NCBI GenBank assembly: GCA_963836185.1
Contig: CAWIIQ010000001.1
Coordinates: 2,176,001-2,240,000 of the forward strand
DNA length: 64,000 nt
DNA from: Candidatus Krumholzibacteriia bacterium
GTDB taxonomy: Bacteria; Krumholzibacteriota; Krumholzibacteriia; Krumholzibacteriales; Krumholzibacteriaceae
Reading direction: 5' to 3'
Shown: piece by piece, positions 59,113 through 64,000 of the stretch
How positions within the stretch are numbered: the first letter of the stretch is position 1
How the letters are laid out: the number at the start of each line of letters is the position of its first letter
Position numbers and translations under genes: made by a program
The notes under the pieces: generated by a model
Databases searched by the model: none
What the model was told of the DNA's origin: nothing
The model's input: only the letters and a program-made list of their open reading frames with translations

Positions 59113-59153
59113 TATTATGCGATCGCAGTTATGGAAACACACTGTTACCGATG

Positions 59154-60527
59154 CTATTCGGTATGGACTGCTCCTGACGTGTCGCCATCACAGACAGGCT
59201 TGTCCGACTCTGCCAGCGCCTCGTCGAGAATGGCTGCCGCCTTCTCGATCTCTTCGGCCGAAACGTTCAGGGGCGGGCGGAACCTGATCGTGTGAGATCC
59301 ACACTTCAGGACTATGAGGCCCTTCTTCATCGTCGTCGTGATGAATGTGTCCCTGCACGCTGAATCGGGGAGGTCGAAGGCGCAGAAAAGCCCTAGCCCG
59401 CGCACATTGCTCACGAATCCGGGATACTTCTTCTCGAATCCCTTGAGGGTATCCTGGAGTAAGGCTCCCATCTTCGCCGCGTTCTCGACGAGTTTCTCTT
59501 CCTCGATAACCTCGAATATCTTCTTCGCGCGAAGCATGTCGATAAGGTTTCCGCCCCAGGTCGAGTTGATCCTGCTCGATACCTTGAATACGCTGTCGAT
59601 CTCGTTGAGACGGTCGCTCGCCGCGATGCCGCAGACCTGCGTCTTCTTGCCGAAGCAGAAGATATCGGGCTCGACCCCGTAGTTCTGGTGCGCCCACATC
59701 TTTCCGGTGATGCCGACACCGGTCTGGACCTCGTCGAAGATCAGGATGATGTCGTTCTCATCGGCGATCCGGCGCAGCTCCTGGAAGAACTCCTTGCGGA
59801 AATGATTGTCGCCCCCTTCGCCCTGGATGGGCTCGAGGATGATAGCCGCGATATCGTCGCCGTCATCGGCGATAGCCTTCTCGATCTGTGCGATCGCTTT
59901 CTTCTCGGCCTCGATGACCTCGTCAAGATGGTCCTCTAGGGGGAAGGTGACCTTGGGATTGTCTATCCTCGGCCAGTCGAACTTCGGATAGAGGTCCACC
60001 TTGGTCGGATCGGTGTTTGTCAGCGACATCGTGTAACCGGTACGGCCGTGGAAGGCCTCGCGGAAATGAATCGCCTTCTGTCCCTTCTCTCCCTTGATCC
60101 CCTTCGCCAGGTTCTTCTTGACCTTCCAGTCGAAGGCCGCCTTCAGGGCGTTCTCGACGGCTAGTGCGCCGCCACTGATGAAGAAGAGATGGGGCAGGTT
60201 TTTCGGAATCGCGATGCGCGCGAAGGTAGCAACGAACTCTGCCATCTCTGTCGTATAGATATCGGAGTTCGATACCTTGTTGACCGCGACACGGCCGAGC
60301 TCGGCTAGAAATTCATCGCTGGTCAGCGCGGGATGATTGTATCCGAGAGCGCTTGAAGCGAAAAAGGTGAAGAAATCGAGATATTCCCTTTCGGTCACCG
60401 AATCGTAAAGCCAGCTGCCGTGGCTCTTATCGAGATCGAGGACAAAAGGGAAACCGTCTACGAGCATATTCTGCTCGAGAGTCTTGTGAACATCGCCCGG
60501 GGCGACAGTGATGCCTTTCCCGCTCAT
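59154..60527 (-). CDS. lat: L-lysine 6-transaminase
   Basis: LDFFTFFAS, NKVSNSDIY, GALAVENALK, FHGRTGY, EPIQGEGGD, DEVQTG, RINSTWGG. Confidence 0.92.
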   Translation of the reverse strand: MSGKGITVAPGDVHKTLEQNMLVDGFPFVLDLDKSHGSWLYDSVTEREYLDFFTFFASSALGYNHPALTSDEFLAELGRVAVNKVSNSDIYTTEMAEFVATFARIAIPKNLPHLFFISGGALAVENALKAAFDWKVKKNLAKGIKGEKGQKAIHFREAFHGRTGYTMSLTNTDPTKVDLYPKFDWPRIDNPKVTFPLEDHLDEVIEAEKKAIAQIEKAIADDGDDIAAIILEPIQGEGGDNHFRKEFFQELRRIADENDIILIFDEVQTGVGITGKMWAHQNYGVEPDIFCFGKKTQVCGIAASDRLNEIDSVFKVSSRINSTWGGNLIDMLRAKKIFEVIEEEKLVENAAKMGALLQDTLKGFEKKYPGFVSNVRGLGLFCAFDLPDSACRDTFITTTMKKGLIVLKCGSHTIRFRPPLNVSAEEIEKAAAILDEALAESDKPVCDGDTSGAVHTE

Positions 60528-60607
60528 TGGACACCTCTCCTGGACAAGTTGTTCTATTACAACTGATTAATTGAATTCAGGCCCGGCCCGCTGAGCCAGG
60601 CCGAGTA

Positions 60608-60636
60608 AATATATCAGATTTAACGGATTAGTCCAA
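60608..60636 (-). promoter_or_regulatory. Sigma70-type promoter for lat
   Basis: TTGGAC-N17-TATATT with extended TG. Confidence 0.5.
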
Positions 60637-60659
60637 CCTGAAAAAGGAGGAACAGAGAA

Positions 60660-60796
60660 AGGGGGACCCGATCCCGGCCGGCGGCCTGGATCCGTCCCCC
60701 TGTCTTTCGTCCGGGGAAAGTGGCTGGGAGCATCAGCTCCCGGCCCTTTCCCGGGTGAGGTGCGTCACCCGCTTCACTCTCCCGCGAACCCTGTCT
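60660..60796 (-). other. Structured non-coding element (three stem-loops, the last terminator-like)
   Basis: Hairpins at 60660-60701, 60711-60754 and 60753-60770; CCCTGTCT direct repeat at 60698 and 60789. Confidence 0.5.
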
Positions 60797-60811
60797 ATCT
60801 ATGCGGACGCT

Positions 60812-61177
60812 TTAACGTCCCCGGCTCGGATGCGGATTGCGGACCTTCCGCTTCTTGCCGCCCGTGATCTTAGCCCTCTTGTCTTCGGGGAAGAACTTCT
60901 TCGTCCGCACGAGCTTCTGATCCTCGTTGAAGTAGAACTCCCGTCCCGCTTCATAATAGATCCAGCGCTCCTGGGTCGAATCGATCCCCCTGATACGGAG
61001 GCGGTGTATGGGATATCCGTACTCTTCGTAGATCTTCAGGGCATCACTGTGCAGATAAAGGATCAGCCCCTGTTTCCGGCAGTATCTGCGCCCTCTCTTT
61101 CCACGATAGATGCTCGCGTCGGCGCTGCCGGCTACAAGAGCCACAAGCAGGACTACCAGGGCAAGTCGTTTCAACAT
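60812..61177 (-). CDS. Hypothetical small basic exported protein
   Basis: MLKRLALVVLLVALVAGSADA signal peptide; YGYP..ERWIYY..F pattern; AGGAG-like RBS. Confidence 0.6.
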   Translation of the reverse strand: MLKRLALVVLLVALVAGSADASIYRGKRGRRYCRKQGLILYLHSDALKIYEEYGYPIHRLRIRGIDSTQERWIYYEAGREFYFNEDQKLVRTKKFFPEDKRAKITGGKKRKVRNPHPSRGR

Positions 61178-61308
61178 CGCTGTCACTCCCTTTCGATGTC
61201 GTTCCAAAGTTGCTATACACTTGACCCTGCTGTGACTTATTATAGCACAAACGACCTTGCCGTTTCAAGCCGCTACCTGTATTCCGGAAGGATTTCTTCC
61301 AGTGCCTC

Positions 61309-62247
61309 ATGATTCCCCTGAAAACGGACCGGCGCTCATGGGTCGTAAAGCTGATGATGGTGGGGCTTTTTATCGTATGGTCGAACGCCTTTACCGCTAT
61401 AAAGCACCTCAGGGACATTTTCAGCCCGATGGAACTTGTCCTGGCAAGATTCCTCCCCGTCCTCACCGTGAGTGTCATCTGCCTCATGTCGCGCCGCCCG
61501 ATAAGAGAGGAGACATTCGAGACGGTCAGGCAGACCCCGTTTAAACTGATCGGTATGGGGATCTTCGGCGTTGCCGGGTACAATTACTTCATCTACCTGG
61601 GGCAGAGCGAGATCAAGCCGGGAGCGGCCGCGCTCGTTACCACCCTGGCACCACTCTTCACACTGATCCTCGCCATATTTTTCCTGAAGGAGAAGGTCGT
61701 ACTGAAGCGTGTCGCCGGGATGCTCATCGCGTTCGCCGGCCTGTTTATCGTTCTGCGCTGGGGACGGGTAGGGATGGGCAGAATCACGGGAGTGGAAAAT
61801 GCCGACGTGAAATACATGCTGATCGCCGCACTCGCCCCCCTGAGCTGGTCGTTCTACACGATCCTCGGCAAGGATCTCCTGGCGAACAGGTCCCCCGCTG
61901 TTGTGACATGTCTGCCCGTAGTGATCGGCACCCTGCCCCTCCTCTTTTTCGCCACCCCGGGATTCTTCGCGAAGGCTGCCCTGATGGAGCCATCGCACTG
62001 GTTCGCTCTCGCCTACCTCAGCTTCGCCAGCACCCTTCTCGGATTCTTTGTCTGGAATTTCGCTCTCCGCCATCTACCTGCTTCCTCGGTCTCTTCGTTC
62101 ATCTACCTCAACCCTCCATTCGCGGCATTCTTCGGCTGGCTCCTCTTCGGTGAGGAAGTGACCCTCTGGTTCCTCGCCGGAAGCGCCGTAGTACTGGCGG
62201 GGCTCTACCTCGCGCAGAGCAGGCCGGGACGGCGTGCGGCCTCCTGA
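61309..62247 (+). CDS. DMT/EamA family transporter
   Basis: Ten TM segments, PLFTLILA.FFLKEK, YLNPPFA..GWLLFGE. Confidence 0.9.
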   Translation: MIPLKTDRRSWVVKLMMVGLFIVWSNAFTAIKHLRDIFSPMELVLARFLPVLTVSVICLMSRRPIREETFETVRQTPFKLIGMGIFGVAGYNYFIYLGQSEIKPGAAALVTTLAPLFTLILAIFFLKEKVVLKRVAGMLIAFAGLFIVLRWGRVGMGRITGVENADVKYMLIAALAPLSWSFYTILGKDLLANRSPAVVTCLPVVIGTLPLLFFATPGFFAKAALMEPSHWFALAYLSFASTLLGFFVWNFALRHLPASSVSSFIYLNPPFAAFFGWLLFGEEVTLWFLAGSAVVLAGLYLAQSRPGRRAAS

Positions 62248-62336
62248 AAATTACTTGCGGCCTCATAACGGTATAATGTACCGTCTCTTCTGATACGCTC
62301 CGTTCGCATGACCTGATCCTACAGGGGAGGTACGAA

Positions 62337-63683
62337 TTGCCATCGAGTCCGTCTGACAGGGGAGAATGGGGTTCGAAGATAGGCTTCATCCTCGCCGCGG
62401 CCGGTTCAGCCATCGGGCTGGGAAACATCTGGAGATTCCCCTACACGGCGGGAGAAAACGGAGGGGCCGCATTCCTGTTCCTCTATCTCCTCTGCATACT
62501 CTTCATAGGCCTGCCCGTGATGATCGCCGAACTGTCGATAGGCAGGCACACGAGAAAAGACCCGGTCGGCGCGTTCGATGCGATAAAGCCGGGAAGCCCG
62601 TGGCGGCTCGTCGGATTCATGGGAGTCTTCACCGGCCTGGCCATCCTCGCCTACTACTGCGTTATCGCCGGCGTGACGGTCGGGTATATCGCCAAGACAA
62701 TCTCCCACAACACCACATCCTTCGCGGAGTACACGGCCGATCCGAGGATGACGATCCCGCTCCTGCTTCTATTCATCGTCATGACCGTGCTGGTCGTTCA
62801 GGGAGGCGTAAGAAACGGGATCGAGAGATGGGCGAAGATACTCATGCCCCTTCTGCTCGTTCTGATGGTCGTCCTGATAATCCGCTCAGTCACTCTCGAG
62901 GGAGCGTCGAAGGGACTGTCCTTCTACCTGAAACCCGATTTCAGCAAGGTTACCGGCAAGACATTCCTCGCCGCGCTGGGGCAGGCGTTCTTCTCGCTGA
63001 GCCTGGGCATGGGCGCGATGATCACATACGGGAGTTACCTTTCAAAAAAGGATAATATTGTAACATCCGGCATCTTCGTATCATTCTTCGATACGCTGAT
63101 AGCAGTCATGGCGGGACTGCTTATCTTCCCCGCCCTCTTCTTCGCCGGAGTCAATCCGGACGCAGGACCCAGCCTGGTCTTCGAGGTCCTGCCGGTAATA
63201 TTCGCGAAGCTTCCCGGGGGGACCCTTATAGGAGCGTCGTTCTTCCTCCTTCTCAGCGTCGCGGCGCTGACTTCGACTATATCACTGCTGGAGGTCGTTA
63301 CTGCCTACCTCGTGGACGAGAAACATATACTGAGGAAGCGTGCCGTATGGTTCGTAGCAGCCATCGCCTTCCTCTTCGGAATTCCATCGGCGCTGTCGTT
63401 CGGCGCGGTCGACTGGCTCGGCGAGCTGCCGCTCGTCGGGATGAGCTTCTTCGGCTTCATGGACTGGCTCTTCGGCAACGTCATGCTTGCCGTCGGAGCT
63501 GTCTTCATCTCGATATTCTTCGGCTGGGTATGGAAGAGGGCGAAATCAACGGCCGAGATCGAGGAAGGATGTCCCGGCTACAGCGCCTGGGCTCCAGTGA
63601 TCCTCCTCTTCCTGAGGTTCCTCTGCCCTGTCGCGATAGCCATCGTACTTTTCTTCCTGATCAAGGATCTTGTCACGGGCTGA
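62337..63683 (+). CDS. Sodium-dependent transporter (NSS/SNF family)
   Basis: GSAIGLGNIWRFPY..NGG.AF, QAFFSLSLG, TYGSY. Confidence 0.94.
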   Translation: MPSSPSDRGEWGSKIGFILAAAGSAIGLGNIWRFPYTAGENGGAAFLFLYLLCILFIGLPVMIAELSIGRHTRKDPVGAFDAIKPGSPWRLVGFMGVFTGLAILAYYCVIAGVTVGYIAKTISHNTTSFAEYTADPRMTIPLLLLFIVMTVLVVQGGVRNGIERWAKILMPLLLVLMVVLIIRSVTLEGASKGLSFYLKPDFSKVTGKTFLAALGQAFFSLSLGMGAMITYGSYLSKKDNIVTSGIFVSFFDTLIAVMAGLLIFPALFFAGVNPDAGPSLVFEVLPVIFAKLPGGTLIGASFFLLLSVAALTSTISLLEVVTAYLVDEKHILRKRAVWFVAAIAFLFGIPSALSFGAVDWLGELPLVGMSFFGFMDWLFGNVMLAVGAVFISIFFGWVWKRAKSTAEIEEGCPGYSAWAPVILLFLRFLCPVAIAIVLFFLIKDLVTG

Positions 63684-63716
63684 TGCCGCGGCGAACGTTC
63701 AGCGAGGGAGCGCTAA

Positions 63717-64000
63717 ATGAACAGTGACGCGATCAAGCAGATAATCGATTCGGTATACAAGTATGTATGGGACTGGCCCGAGGCGTTCCCCTACTTTATC
63801 GTCCTGCTGCTCGGCACAGGTATCTTCCTGACGATAAGGTTAAGGGTGATCCAGATCAGGAAGGTCTCCCACGCGCTGGCTATCGTAGCGGGGTACTACG
63901 ATAATCCGAAGGACAAGGGTGAGATCAATCACTTCCAGGCACTCACTTCCGCCCTTTCTGCGACTATAGGCATCGGAAATATCTCCGGCGTCGCGACAGC
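63717..64000 (+). CDS. Sodium:alanine symporter family protein (AGCS), truncated by the window edge
   Basis: Manual translation: LLGTGIFLTIRLRVIQ..GEINHFQALTSALSATIGIGNISGVAT. Confidence 0.88.
   Translation, partial: MNSDAIKQIIDSVYKYVWDWPEAFPYFIVLLLGTGIFLTIRLRVIQIRKVSHALAIVAGYYDNPKDKGEINHFQALTSALSATIGIGNISGVAT

Noticed and set aside
60700-60790. Glycine or lysine riboswitch upstream of lat
   Set aside because: There are some glycine-like landmarks (GGAGAG, CCG..GAAAG, AAAGAC), but no P1 pairing or CUCUCAGG core, and no lysine-riboswitch consensus.

Overview
GC-rich bacterial chromosomal segment, almost entirely on the minus strand and made mostly of housekeeping genes. It probably comes from a diderm, anaerobic, peptide-fermenting FCB-superphylum candidate lineage; this is inferred from a FlgD-Ig/T9SS-like C-terminal domain, a POR operon, a multiheme cytochrome and the gene order. 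Left to right it contains: manC/algC; the rplI-rpsR-rpsF-pth-rplY-prs-tRNA-Gln-spoVG-ispE cluster; a surface-polysaccharide locus (DUF362, UbiA-type phosphoribosyltransferase, O-antigen ligase, WecA-PglF-like fusion, two GT4, gmhA, Wza-like); alaS-recX-recA-thpR-cinA-pgpA-mglA-mglB-recR-ybaB-dnaX; a large Alu-containing SRP RNA; tRNAs and tadA; an interposed block (lipoprotein, HNH protein, octaheme cytochrome, 2-oxoacid oxidoreductase operon with a GltD/PorD chimera); iscS/rrf2; a TPR/outer-membrane cluster; peptidases and transporters; and lat. There are seven tRNAs, including all four Ser isoacceptors. At least ten genes, including dnaX, are split by small frame breaks, best explained as uncorrected long-read errors. 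The best candidate for an undescribed system is the stand-alone HNH gene (34099-35277), which carries tandem 18-20 bp DNA palindromes in its own linker and related CGGGA-type repeats at its promoter. Other notable items are the PorD-GltD chimera, the UbiA+DUF362 pair, the WecA/pseudo-dehydratase fusion, 22-bp repeats flanking tRNA-Ser(GGA), and a structured non-coding element upstream of lat. All calls come from reading the sequence; no database search or folding program was run.
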